64,000 nt of DNA. It comes from the human T2T-CHM13v2.0 reference genome, Homo sapiens. Position 1 is the stretch's first letter. Each line of letters starts with the position of its first letter. Position numbers and translations under genes: made by a program. This document shows, one piece after another, positions 16,251 through 32,100 of the stretch. The stretch lies in assembly GCF_009914755.1 (NCBI RefSeq), contig NC_060934.1. The stretch is one strand, 5' to 3'. The notes under the pieces were generated by a model. It was not told the DNA's origin. It did no database searches and was given only the letters and a program-made list of their open reading frames with translations.

Positions 16251-18140
16251 GGTAGTTCCAATTTCTCCACAAATTCACCAATATTTGGCATTAAAAATTT
16301 TAGCCATTGTAGTGGATTTGTAGTGGTATCTCCTTATGATTTTAATTTGCATTTACCTATTGACAAAAGGTAATATTTTTATGTGATTTTTAGCCAATCA
16401 TGTATCTTCTTTTGTAAAGCATCTATTTCCATCTTTTCCCCATTTTTATGAGATTTTTACATGGATAAATAGATTATAATATTGTAAATAATAAGTAGAT
16501 TAAAGTATAGATTATAATCTAAAATTTAATAATTATAATTATTATAATAGATTAAAAATTTAATCTAAATTATAGATTATCAAAGATTTATATTATATAT
16601 TTATAATACAAAAAGAAAGTTTTAGCAATGCATGCATCTGACAAAAAGTTTGTGTCCAGAACATGTGAATATGTGTATATATATAAAAGTATATATGCAT
16701 TATTAATGTATGTGTATACACACAGACACATGATACATATATGTATATTGTAATATACACACATGGATACACACACATATTCTGTACACAAACTTTTTGT
16801 TAGATGTATGTGATACAGACAGGAGGCAGAGAAACACTGGGTAGAAGAAGGTGAATCCCCAGCAAAGGCCCCACCCTCAAGCCTGGAAACACGCAGCCCT
16901 AAATGGGAACAGACATTCCTGTTTTTGTACCCAACTCTTGCCTTTTGACCCTCCATGCCTGCTATCATGTACCCATATAAACCCCAAACCCCAGGATCTA
17001 TGAGGAGACCAACAGAAGAGCAGAAGAGCAGCAGAGCAACATGGCAGAGAGGGAGAGAAGGAAAGGAGCATCTGAATATCAAGAGGAGTTTGGCTGGGGA
17101 CGATCAGAGAGGAGTCAGCTGCAGGACAGCTGAACTCCAGGGTAAGATCATCTTCCCACTCCCACCCCTTTCCAGTTCCCCATCTATCTCACTGAGGGCC
17201 ACTTCTACCACTCAATAAAATCCCCACACTTACCACTCATCAAGTCCATGTGACCTGATTCTTCCTGGATGCCAGAAAACGATCCGGGTACCAAGAGGGC
17301 AATGTGTAAAAGACTGTCACCCTGACACTCCACTGAGCTGGTTTAACATTTAGCCATACACAGATGGTAACTGCTAAAAGAGCATTAATCATAACATACT
17401 CCTAGATGCTACCATGGGGCAGGAGCCCAAAAGCGCTCACCCCAGCTCCTGCACCTGCCCATCTGTATGCTCCCCTTCCTGTAAGGTGTTTGAATGTGTG
17501 GTGGCAGAGCAAGCAAGCCACACTCTTGTCACAAGTCCCAAGAAGAGGTCAGGAAACTCTCCTGTTCCATATGCATTATTAATACTTTCTTTATTAATAT
17601 AGTTTGCCTTTACAGTTTCTTAATGCCGTCCTTCAAGACTCAAATGTCTATTTTATTTTACTTTTATTTTTCAAATTTTTTAAATTATTATTTTTTTCAA
17701 CTTTTATTTTAGATTAAGTGGGTACATGTGCAGCTTTTTTACTTGGGTATATGGTGTGATGCTGAGGTTTGGGATTTTTTAATGGTTAGTGATTTTTGTG
17801 TTTTAAGAAATCTTTGCCCACTCCAAGTTTGTGAATATTTTATCCAATATTATCTTCTAGAAGTTTTATGGTTTTAGCTTTTATATTTAGGTCTATAATC
17901 CACTACAAGTTAATTTTTTGTTTACAAGTTAACTTTTTTTCGTACAGCACGAGTTGTGTCAACTGTCAATTTTTATGTGAAAATACAATTGTTATCAGCA
18001 ACATTTGGGGGAAAAAACTACCCTTTTCTATGTAGACTACTTTGTCATGTTTGTTGGCAGTTAATTCTATATATGTTTTGTTTTGAATTCTGCATGCTGC
18101 TTTATTGATCTTTAACACCAATACCACACTATATGTAGCT
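16251..18140 (-). mobile_element. Old L1M 3' fragment hosting LTR1 and a short L1PA 3' end (~17690-17775)
   Basis: Minus-strand L1 3' motifs (GTAGTGGTATCTC, TTAATTTGCATTT, AAGAAATCTTTGCC). Confidence 0.7.
16811..17569 (+). mobile_element. LTR1-family (ERV1) solo LTR
   Basis: Starts TGATACAGACAGGAGGCAG, ends CTCTCCTGTTCCA, AATAAA near 17214, 4-bp TSD TATG (16807-16810, 17570-17573). Confidence 0.88.
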
Positions 18141-18179
18141 GTACTAGTCAGGGTTCTCCAGAGAAAAAAAAATCAATAG

Positions 18180-18213
<34 letters not shown>

Positions 18214-18465
18214 TGTATTTTATATACATACATATGAATATATTTATTTTAAGAAATTAACTCATGTATTTATGAAAGCTGCCAAGTTCCAAGATCTACA
18301 GTTGTTAAGCTGGAAACCCAAGAGAGCCAATGGTGCAGTTCTAGTCCAAAGAACAGCAGGTTGAGACTCAAGAAAAGCTGATGTTTCAGTTCAAGTCTGA
18401 AGACAGGGAAAAAAATGATGTCCCAGTTCAAAGGCAGTCAGGAAAAAGGAATACCTCCTGATTCA
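18140..18465 (-). mobile_element. MLT2 (ERVL) LTR fragment containing a (GATA)n microsatellite (~18181-18213)
   Basis: TGTACTAGTCAGGGTTCTCCAGAGA start and MLT2 motifs; truncated. Confidence 0.8.
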
Positions 18466-18658
18466 TTGTGAGTTAATTTTTATACATGGCATAAGGTAAG
18501 GGTCAAGTTTTTTTTTAAGTGAAAGCAAGTTTATTATGAAAGTAAAGGAATGAAAGAATGGCTACTCCATAGGAAGAGCAGTGGTGCACACCTAGTTGCC
18601 CATTTTTATGGTTATTTCTTGTTTATATGCTAAACAAAGGGTGGATTATTCATGAGTT

Positions 18659-18688
18659 TTCCAGGAAAGGGGTGGGCAATTCCTGGAA
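18659..18688. promoter_or_regulatory. Tandem GAS (STAT) motifs in the MER41 LTR
   Basis: TTCCAGGAA at 18659-18667 and TTCCTGGAA at 18680-18688 both fit TTCN3GAA; activity untested. Confidence 0.6.
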
Positions 18689-21340
18689 CTGAGGGTTCCT
18701 CCCCATTTTAGAACATGTAGGGCAACCTCCTGACATTGCCATGGCATTTGTAAACTGCCGTGGTGCTGGCGGGAATGTAGCAGTGCAGACGACCAGAAGT
18801 CACTTTTGTCGCCATCTTGGTTTTGATGTTTTGGCTGGCTTCTTTACTGCAACCTGTTTTATCCACAAGATCTTTCTGACCTGCATCTTATGCCGCTCTC
18901 CTGTCTCATCCTGTGACTTAGAATGTCTTAACCTCCTGGGAATGCAGCCTAGTAGGTCTTAGCCTTATTTCACTTAGCCCCTGTGTGAAATGGAGTTGCT
19001 TTGATTCAAATGCCTCTGACAATTCCCCCCTCCCTATTATAAGAGAACACTTAATCCTAAGGGTTGTAGACAGATGAAGATCCATTTTCTGTAACTTCTT
19101 CAGGCTGAATAGGGGTGATAATATTCCAGCCTAACTATTGGGTCTTTTGCCTTCAGGGTAGAGAGGAGCTCATTCAGAAAGTGCTGGTATGGTGAGGGTT
19201 ATTTGTAACTGAGTTCCAACAAAAGATGGTACCTGGAAGAGGAATAAGGGTTCAATTTAAGAAAACATTCAGCAAGCATATCCTGCATTCCTACACAAAG
19301 AGTACAACAGCAATATATTCCACAATAGTAAAGCAAAATAAGCAAAATCATCCCAAATAAACAAAATTAGAGGCTTTCCATGAACTGGGCAATTGTTGGA
19401 ACCAAACTGATATGGGGTTGTTAGCTGATTCCAATATGTGCCCAGAATAAGAATATTGATCTGGATTTTATATTACCCATCCTTCTTAGTTCTTCTGAGC
19501 AGCAGCCAGAGATCACTGGTTGGTTAACAGAAATAAGAAGAGTCAGTCTAAATTGCAGAAAAAAATTCAAAAACAGTGAATGAGACTAGAATCTAGTAAC
19601 AGTTGTACCATAGTTCTTGAAACAATTTTTTTTTTCTCTCTCCAGTTTCCCATTTTTACTAAAGACAAATCACTGTAAGACTGATTTACTTTATTATACT
19701 TGGCCTGATTATTCATACAAAGTGCAGCAAGAATAATTATTTTTCACATAGGCTTTTTAAATTGGCTTTGATGGAACTCTGTTCTATAAGGAATCTCAGA
19801 TAAGACTTTTTTCTGAAGCTGAGCCCAGCCATGGGTTTGTACACTCAAATATCTATTATTGGGTAAATTCCTTTCCTATTCAGGTCCCAAGATAACTTGG
19901 GGGCTCCTGGGACTGTTAAAAAGTGACATTCTTTACTCACAGGTTAGGAACCCTACACAGAGACTGTGTAGACAATGTATAAGGCCAGTGTTTCCAAGGG
20001 GCTTTTATTGGCTCTATAAGTCAAGTTTGATTCCTTAAAAGAAAGCACACCATTCCAGTAAAAGCCTTGGTAAAATAACCAGTTTTTCCAATTGTGTCCT
20101 GTTACAAATGAAAACAGATTCTTATTGCACTTATGCAAATAACTATGTTTCCATAAGTTAAGAATACTCACAAATAGTTTCCAAATTCTGGAGAAATCAG
20201 GTAGAGAGAAACAAACAGTCTCTGAATTTTGTTCACAGGAGTACACTTTACTCAGTTGTTAAAGGCTGTCAATAGCTCAAAAGAAAAGTTTTCCAGACTC
20301 TGAAAAACAAAACAAAGGATAAGCAAAATTTTAAGCAAAAAGTTAGAAAAGACTACTTCAATCTTCTATTAGTACAGTCCATTCAGTTAACTTCTGTTCT
20401 GCTTGATATTCAGGAACATTTCAGCTCTCCATGAGAGTCCTGAAAGCTTTTCCTCTATTCTGATGTCACAATCTCCAAAGTCATCAGAAATCTGCATTCA
20501 AAAACACCTGTCAAAGTCCTATAGCTGACTATAGACCACCTTTTAAAGAGGATCAAAACTAGACAATTGTTTGTTGATGACAAAAAGTCTTAGGACAGCC
20601 ACTATTAAAGCCACAGTGACAAGGAAATTTTGGTTACTTCTATAGCATACAAAAATTTTACATAACAATTATAATTATTAATAACACACACTATATCAGG
20701 ATTGTAGGAGTTTTCCATAATTTTGGAACACACATGATAACATATTTGTACAAATACAGCCCAAAGAAAGCCAAACACCATTTTATATTTGACAATGTTT
20801 CCTGTATGATTTGTATACCAAATAAGCCAAATTGCACCTTTATATTAGTGTACTATTAATGTTAAACACAATTCTTAATAAAACTTTACAGACAAATCCA
20901 TCCAATTTTAATGTCTGACCATAAGGTAAGATTTTCATTAATCTTTTAAAAACTTTACAAATTTTTGCTAAAGAGCAAACTAGTGCTCTAAGAAAAATCT
21001 GTTGTGCTTTTATTTTAATGTTCAGTTTACAGAAATACTAAATAACACTTCTTTAACTTTAGCTAATATGTTCACATACAGAATTTCTTTTACAAGATTA
21101 ATTTTTCACAGACCTTCCACAACTTGTTTAAACCTTCAGCTTTATCCTATCTAACTTAAAACAATCCTTTAACCCTTTAGGCAAAAAAATTTACATTCTT
21201 ATGACTTCTTACAATCTTTTACCAAAAACACATTTCACTTTTCTTACATGTAGAACTCTTTCTATGCCCCAAAGATTACTTAAGTCATGTGATCTAAAAG
21301 GCATAACAGTTTTTACTTTTCTGACAAATATTTGATTTAA

Positions 21341-21644
<304 letters not shown>

Positions 21645-23511
21645 ATTATTATTTTTTAAGCCAATTAATCAGAGCTTTTCCATATCACACATGCAACACA
21701 TATGAATACACAGACAGATAGAAAAATATTCAGTAGTTGTAAGATTTTTCATTTGCAAGTTTCTAAGTTTCTCTTTAAAGCATGCAATTTCTAGGGCCTA
21801 ATAAGCAGGCACAGCTGGAAGGCAAAACAGATCACAAAAAATTAAGGGTCCCATTTTTATAACAGATCCTGGATCCCCAAAAGAGGGAATTAGCCCATCT
21901 CCCATGGGAGTCTTATCTCTCAGTGAGGGAATATATCCATACCTTCCAGGCAGCCAGGAGCATGCTTCTCTCATCCAAGCATGCAAAGAGCCATGTATCC
22001 CCCCATAACTGCCATTAGCCATCCTTAAAAGTATATTTCCTACCTAGTTATTACACACCAAAGTTCTCTCATAATGTGAAGTAATTTCTGATACCCCTAA
22101 ATGTTAAAAACATCAAATAATGCAATGCAAAACAGAAGAAAGTTTTAGATTTTGAGAGGGATCTATCCACTTTCAATTCCTAGGGTTTCATGAGGAAAAC
22201 AGGTTTTCCCCAAGGAGTCCCACACTGTTTGAACATGAATATCCACTTTTAATTAAGCTGATTTTTAACCATAGCACTGGAAAAAAAAAAGTTCTTTTAA
22301 ATTATCCAACTTTAGCCATGCCAAACGGCCAATATTTCCAGCTTTTGGACTTTACCAACGATAACCTCTCAGGTGCTTAGAGAAAGGAAAAATCAAGGTG
22401 GTTCATAGAGGGAGAGAATATCAAAAAAATGGTAAAGGTCACACAGATATCAAACCAGAAAAGGACTCATTCCCTAAGCTGGGAATTGAACCCAGGCTGC
22501 CATTGTAAAATGGCAAACCTTAACTGCTGAGCTACAGCATTGGGCAGTTTCCATTACCCTTCCTGGGAGGAGCCTAGAGGCAGCCAATTTTAAGCTTGCA
22601 ATAGTTTTTAACTGCTTGAGATAATTTTTAGGGCTGACATGAATCCCCAATTCTTGTCCTCCAGATGTCAGAGACTAAGAGGAAGTACCACCATGTGGTT
22701 ACAAGGTCAAGATCCCAATGACATTTTTCAACATGTGCTCTCTGGGCAAGATGGTCACCCTGAGTAACTGAAACAGTAGAAAAGAGAAAGGAGAGAAAGG
22801 GAGATAAACATTGCTGGTGGCAGGGTGGGGAAGGCAATGTGCTCAGGAAGGCCAGATAAAGACCCACCCACTGCAGCAACACTGAATCAAAAGTTCAGGC
22901 AGCTGCTTGTTGGTCATGAAGGGATCTTTTCCAGCAATCCTGTCATCTCTCAAGTTCCCCTCTTTTGGAAGGAAAAAGCGCCCCATGCCCCATGATCCTG
23001 TACTTGCCTAATCCTGTCATCCACAGCCATCAGCAAAGTGTGCAAGGCAGATCAATCCAAAGAAAATAGTGGTTAATATTCTACAAGGCCAAACTCCTTC
23101 TTAGCTGCAAGAGACTTTACTGAGAGGGACCTCCAACCCCCTAAATCTTAGGAAGGACTCTAACCTTCCTAATTTGGGCCTCAAACCCAAGTTCAGTCAA
23201 GTGTCCTTGTCTTTTATAAAGAAAGGCTTTTAACCCTCTCTGTCTTAGGAGAGACTCTAAATCCCCTAAGTTGGGCTTCTAACCCAATCCCATCATTTAC
23301 CTGGGTATGCCACCACTTACCCAAAGTTGGCCAATCAGCGCAGCAGTCTATTTCCTCTGGGTTAGGGGTCTCCTCAGTATAGCCTCTTTGTGGTTTTCCC
23401 AAAAGATGTTGGAAAGGGGTCCCAATCCAGACCCCAATAGAGGGTTCTTGGATCTTATGCAAGAAAGAATTTGGGGTGAGTCCATACAGTAAAGTGAAAG
23501 CAAGTTTATTA

Positions 23512-23949
<438 letters not shown>

Positions 23950-23955
23950 TTAAAG

Positions 23956-24782
<827 letters not shown>

Positions 24783-25129
24783 TTATAGCAAATCTTGAAA
24801 TAAGCTAAAGTCTTTCAACTGAGTTCTTTTTCAAAATCATTGAACGATTCTAGGCCCATTGCATTTTCATACAAATGTTTCGGTCTGTCAATTTTTTATT
24901 GAATCTATGGATCAATTTGGAGAGAAATACCATCTTGACAATATTGAGCATTTCAATTCATGAACATGGTATGTTTCTCCACTGACTTACATTTTTCTTA
25001 ATGTCTTCCAGCAATGCATTTTTAGTTTTCATTTTCTACACAGGTCTTGCTCAAGTTTATTAAACTTATCCTTAAACATTTCATGCTTTTTGATGCATTG
25101 TAAATGAGACTTAAAAAAAATCAGGATCT

Positions 25130-26830
25130 ACTTTTGAAATGACAGAGTAAGGACCTATGAAAATCTGCTTCTCCACAAAAGCAATGAGAACACTAGCCAA
25201 AATTAACTTTTTCAGAACTCTGGAAATAAATTGAAAGCTTGCAACAATCTGAGAAGTGATTAGTCAAGGAAAACAGCTAAATTTCTATAAGAACGGTGAG
25301 CCACATGGCACTTTAACTTGCTTAATCTCATTATCCTCTCTCCAGTTTTCTTGTCATGGTCTTGGAGGCTAACAGCATTACAACTACATGATCAGCCACT
25401 GGAGGGGCAGTACGAGTTTGGAGCTCCTTGAAGCCCCATCTCTAGAGAATTTTCACTATTTGGCTTGTAGAGCAGCTTGCTAAAAAATTCAATTTTCAGG
25501 GCTTGTCTTTCTTTGATCCCACTCTGAAAACAGCCCTACCTTCAGACATTTGTTATAAACAGTGGCATTAAAAAAAAAAAAAAATCTCAGCTGCCTGAGG
25601 CAGCATTACCAGCTGAAGCTAACAATAGGTTGGATAAGAGCTGAAAAGATAAAACCAGGGCATGAAATGTCCACAGGGGCCTTTGGAAATCAACTAGGAA
25701 TCTAGTAGGTTGTGTACATGTCAAGGGTTGTGAGCATGTCCAGGACTGTGTGCATTCCCAGAAAAGATCCGAGAAGGCACTAAACTTTTACCTCTGGTTG
25801 ATTTTGAGGCTCTGTGCTAGTAGGAAGTGAAGTGTTAGGCAGAGTTGTAAACTGTCTGCCAGAGCATTGAAGTCATGACTTATCGTGGTGAGTGCATCAG
25901 CGAAGGCTGTAAGCCTTATTGGTTCAAGGGATTTAAGAAAATCACTACCCAGTCATTAGCTGATCATTAAGCTAACTGAGCGGAGCCTTCAATGACTGCA
26001 CATGGCAAAACATACAGTTTATGTAATTGGTATGGGAAAAATAACTAAAGAAACAGCAATGACAATGATTATTGTGGAAGGGAGGTATCTGACTTCAGGA
26101 ATTGACACATAATATTACTCAAAATGGCCAGTTTTTAAGAAAAAGTTATGCAAATAAACAGGAAAATTGACCCGTATAGATGAAAAAGCAGTCATTAGAA
26201 ACTACCCTTTAGGAACTCAGATGTCAAACTTATTAGATATATATTTAAATATCTATTATGTACACAAAGAACTAAATAAAATTATGTCTACAGAGTAAAG
26301 GAAAATAAGAGAATGATGTGTCACCAAATAGAAAATATTGGTAAAGAGGTGAAATTTTACAAACAGAGCTAAGTAGAAATTCTGGAGTTAAAAAGTGCAA
26401 TAACTGAAATGAAAACTTTACTAGAGGAACTTGAAAGCAGGTTTTAACTGGAAGAAGAAAGAATCAGCTGACTTGAAGACAGGTCAATTAAAATACTGAG
26501 AAACCAAAAGATTAAAACAATATAGAAAATAAAGAGCCTCTGAACTCTTTGCTCTGTGGAATACCATCAAGCATACCAACACACACATAGTGGGAGTCCC
26601 AGATGTGGGGAGTGGTAGAAAGAATACTTGAAGAAATAATGGCAAAAAAACTTCTCAAATTAAATTTAAAACATTAACTAGCATATGCATGATTCCCAAC
26701 AAACTCCAAATAGGATAAATGCAAAAAACTCCACACCTAGACACATTATAGTCAATCTTCCATAAGATAAAGGCAAAGAGAGAACTTTAAAGGCAGCAAG
26801 AGAATATGACTCATCATGTAAGAAGGTTTT
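25130..26830 (+). mobile_element. Ancient L1M 5'UTR plus ORF1 fragment
   Basis: 5'UTR resembles the one at 12.7-13.0 kb; ORF1-like GAAATTCTGGAGTTAAAAAGT, CACACCTAGACACATTATAGTCAA. Confidence 0.7.
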
Positions 26831-27539
26831 GAAAGGATCCCTCAGGGCTGAAGGGAGTGCTCAATGAAGAATGAATTTGGAATGGGAGTCTTACTGTAGA
26901 AGCTGGCATTCAATCCTCATTGAGGAAAATTGCCCACTGAATGGCAGAGAAGTTCACTGAGTTATCTGTATTAGAATTGGTCCACAATCCCTGGACAGAA
27001 TCAAACAACCTTCCAGGATTCAGATGAGCAGAGGTTTGTGGACAGTCATGCAGAAGGAGTTGGGATGGCACTTCTAGCATGAGTATTTAAGTGCATTATA
27101 TACATTGGAGGACCTCAGTGAGGTGGTCACCAGATTCATGCCAGAGCTGCAAGGTCACTGAGGCACTACGTGCCCTCTCTTGCAGCAGGGACAGTGTGCC
27201 ACTAAGATGTTTCCTCACATATGCTCAGTTGACAGAAATATATTTTGCACACATATATTTTGCTGTACAAGAATAAGAAGAAATAAAACAGCAGCAAATT
27301 GGACCAGAAAGAGAAGCACTCTTGCAATTTCCTTCCAGCATCTAGCACTGACAAAACTTAATATTATGCTCACTATATAGGAGAAATAATTATAAAGAGT
27401 CCAGTTCATTATAACAGAGCACATAGTAAAGAATAAATTTGTTTTTGAGAGGCAATAAATTGATAACTTGTGCAATGATGATATATTGTGGTTTGATTTT
27501 CTTTGTGTTTCTTCTCTTGGGTTTATTGTCTTTATTTAA

Positions 27540-27929
<390 letters not shown>

Positions 27930-28678
27930 TCAACCGTTACTTTCTCAAGTGCCTCACTTTGTTTTCTCTTCTTCTTCTGGGATTCCAATTACATAAATGT
28001 TTGTCTGGTTGGTACTATTCCACAGATCACTGATATTCTGCTCATTCTTCTTCAATATTAATACTTTTCCCCCATCTATATATTTGTATATTTTCTATTG
28101 CTATGTCTTTAAGTTTACTGATCTATTTTTTACTGCAGTGTCTAATCAGCTAATAAGTTGAGTTTTTATTTTACATATGCATTTTTCAAGTCTAAAAATT
28201 AAATTTGGTTAATTTTTATAACTTCTGTTTCTCTCCTCATTATGTTCATATTTTAAGACCTTGAGCATATACTTTTAAGGTCTTAAGTTTTTAATCTGCT
28301 AATCTTATCATCTCTTTTTTCCAAATCTGTTTCTACTGACTGAATATTCCTTTAGTTATACACATTTTTCTGTTTCTTTGTATGTCTAGAAAGTGTTAAA
28401 TTAATGCTGGATATTGTGATGTTAAATTGTCAAGTGTCTGGATTTTCTTGTCTTTCTTTAAAGTGTGTTGAATTTTACTTTGGCAGTTGGTTAAATTACT
28501 TGTACATTAGCTTGGTTGTTTTGATCTTTATTTAAAAATTGGTTACAGTGGGCTAGAGCAGCCTTTACTCTGGGGCTTATTTAGACCTACTACTAAGACA
28601 TGATCATTTTAGGTTCTACATTTATTTTGGTGTCTTTCCACTCTAGATAATTGGAGTGAAAATATCTTCCAGCCTCAC

Positions 28679-28950
28679 CTGAGGCAGGAGGATCACTTGA
28701 GTCCAGGAGTTCTTGGCTATAGCATTATGCAAGTTGAGCTTCTGCACTAAGTTTGGCATCAATATGGTGAACTCCCAGGAGTGGGGGACCACCAAGTTGC
28801 ACAAGGTGAGATGAACCAGCCCAGGTTGGAAATGGAGTAGGTCAAAACTCCCAAGTTGATCAGTAGTGGGATGGTGCCTGTGAATAGCTACTGCACTCCA
28901 GCCTGAGCAATATAGCAAGATCCCATCTCTAAAAACGAGAAAAAAAATAA
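28679..28950 (+). pseudogene. 7SL (SRP RNA) processed pseudogene, 5'-truncated
   Basis: Alu-domain ends enclose the S-domain sequence GCACTAAGTTTGGCATCAATATGGTGA...GGGGGACCACC...GGTCAAAACTCCC...GATCAGTAGTGGGAT, which Alus lack; A-rich tail. Confidence 0.93.
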
Positions 28951-29136
28951 AGAAGTAAATGGATAGGTTTAATAGCAATTGAACAAACAGAATATGAGGA
29001 TGGAGAACTCGAAAACAGATCAGTGGAAAATAACCACATTGAAGTAAATAGAGAAGAAATAATGGAGAAAATAAAGTAGACGTGAGAAATGCTCAAAACA
29101 TCCAATGCATATAAATGGAAATAGAATCTGTGATGG

Positions 29137-32100
29137 TGTATTAGCTATTATTGCTTCATAATATATCACTCCAAAATGTAATGGCCTAAGTTGACAACAA
29201 TAATGTATTATCTCTTATGGTTTCTGTGGAAACTGCAAGAATTTAAAAGTAGCTTGATTGAGTTATGGTTCAGGCTATTTTATAGAGTTGCAGTTAGATG
29301 TTGACTGAGCCTGCAGTCATTTAACAGTCTGAATTCAGCTGGAGCTCAAAGATTCACCTCCAAGGTTCTTAAGTCACTTGGCTAGTGTATTAATCCATTT
29401 TTATACTGCTGATAAAGACATACCTGAGACTGGGCAATTTACAAAAGAAAGAGGTTTAATTGGATTTACAGTTCCATGTGGCTGTGGAAGCCTCCCAATC
29501 ACGGCAGAAGGCAAGGAGGAGCAAGTCATGTCTTACATGGATGGTAGCAGGCAGAGAGAGGGAGCTTGTGCAGGGGAACTCTTCTTTTTAAAACCATCAG
29601 ATCTGGAAACTTATTCACTATCATGAGAACAGCATGGGAAAGACTTGCCCCCATGATTCAATTACCTCCCACTGGGTCCCTCCCACAACACGTGGGAACT
29701 CAAGACGAGATTTGGGTGGGGACACAGTCAAACCATATCATTCTACCCCTGGCCCCTCCCAAATCTCACATCCTCATCCTCACATTTCAAAACCAATCAT
29801 GCCTTCCCAACAGTCCCCTAAAGTCTTAACTCATTTCAGCATTAACTCAGAAGTCTACAGTCCAAAGTCTCATCTGAGAAAAGGCAAGTCCCTTCCACCA
29901 ATGAGCCTGTAAAATCAAAAGCAGGTTAGTTACTTTCTAGGTACGGGGGTGGGGGTACAGGCATTGGCCATTCCAAATGTGAGAAATTGGGCAAAACAAA
30001 GGGGCTATGGGCCCCATGCAAGTCTGAAATCCAGCAGGGGAGTAAAATCTTAAAGTTCCAAAATGATCTCCTTTGACTCCATGTCTCACATTAGGGTCAC
30101 ACTGATGCAAGAGGTGGTCTTGGGCAGCTCGGCTCCTGTGGCTTTGCAGGGTACAGCTTTCCTCCTGGCTGCTTTCACTGGCTGGTGTTGAGTGTCTGTG
30201 GCTTTTCCAGGCACACAGTGCAAGCTGTTGGTGGATCTACCATTCTGGGGTCTGGAGGGCCATGGTCCTCTTCTCACAGCTCTACTAGGTGGTGCCCCAG
30301 TAGGGACTCTGTGTTGGGGCTCCAACCCCACCTTTCCCTTCTGCACTGCCCTAGCAGACATTCTCCATGAGGGCCCCTCCCCTGCAGCAAATTTCTGCCT
30401 GGGGATCCAGGCATTCCCATACAGCCTCTGAAATCTAGGCAGAGGTTCCCAAACCTCAGTTCTTGACTTCTGTGTGCTCGCAGGCTCAACACCATATGGA
30501 AGCTGCCAAGACTTGGGGCTTGCACTCTCTGAAGCCACAACCCAAGCTCTATGTTGTCCCCTTTCAGCCACGGCTGGGGTGGCTGAGATGCAAGGCACCA
30601 AGTCCTTAGGCTGCACACAGCATGGGGACCCTGGGCCTGGCCCACAAAACCACATTTTCCTCCTAGTCCTCTGGGCCTGTGATGGGAAGAGCTGCTGTGA
30701 AGACCTCTGACATGTCCTGGAGACATTTTCTCCACTGTCTTGGAGATTAACATTAGGCTCCTAGTTACTTATGCACACTTCTCCAGCTAGTTGAATTTCT
30801 CCTCAGAAAATAGGATTTTCTTTTCTATTGCATTTTCAGGCTGCAAATTTTCCAAACTTTTATGCTCTGCTTCCCTTATAAAATTGAATACCTTTAATAG
30901 CACCCAAGTCACCTCTTGAATGCTTTGCTGCTTAGAAATTTCTTCCACCAAATACCCTAAACCATCTCTCTCAAGTTCAAAGTACCACAAATCTCTAGCA
31001 TAGGGGCCAAATGCTGCCAGTCTCTTTGCTAAAATGTAACAAGAGTCACCTTAGGGGAAAGGCTTGCCCCTATGATTCAATTACCTCCCACTGGGTCCCT
31101 CCCACAACACTTGGGAATTCAAGATGAGATTTGGGTGGGGACAAGCTCCCAAACCATATCAGCTAGCAAGTTAATGCTAGCTATTGGTCCCTGTCCATGT
31201 GGGCCTTGGGATGGGCTTCCTTATGTGTCCTCATGACATGGCAGCTAGCTTCCACCATAGAGAGTGATGCAAGAAATTAAGAAAAATTTGCAATGTTTTT
31301 TATAGTTTAGCCTAAGAAACCATACACAATCAAAATCCAGTGTTCTGTTGGCCATGTGAGTCAGCTTTGATTCCATGTGGGAGGGTGCTAACCAACAGCA
31401 TGAATAACAAAGAGCAGTGTAAGCTGACTATGACAGTCTGCTCTTTGATCCTCAATGATTCATGTCCTTCCATCATGCAAAATAAACTCACTCCCTCTTA
31501 AGTATCTCAAAAGACTCATCATATAACAGCATTAGCCTAAAGCCCAGAATCTAATCATCAACAGCATTACCCTGAAATCCAGATGCAGTTGAAGCTCCTT
31601 GGTTGTTGTTCCTCAAGTGTAGCCTCTTAGAGTAGTTTCCCTTGATCTGAACACCTGTAAACAAAAGAGGCAAGTTTTATACTCCCAAATATCCAAATTA
31701 CAATGGTGAGGCAGGCATAAGATAACCACTATGGCCCCCCATTAAAAATAGAGGAAATGAGAGGCAGACAGGGCTCACTGGCACATAGAAATACTGAAAT
31801 TGACCTGGGCACATGTTGTCAATTCATTATTAAGACTCAAACCTATTACTGCCTAGAAATGATTCTCTATGGCACTTTAGGCCCACACTCTGGATTCTTG
31901 GTTCAGTTCCACCTCTAAATCATCTTTCCTATTCCACAAATGATAATATACATTTACAGCTGAGTAGTTTATCTCAGCCTTCTTTATGACACTAGAAATT
32001 TGGGGTCTAAAGACCTCTTACCATTTTGTACTGTCTTGGTACATTTTAGTTCATGTACTGTTAACATTAGCACAACTTTTTAAAATTTTGTGGGTCTCCT

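Noticed and set aside
30086-30753. 189-aa and 159-aa minus-strand ORFs
   Set aside because: They lie within the THE1 internal region and are typical MaLR ORF remnants; no evidence of domestication.
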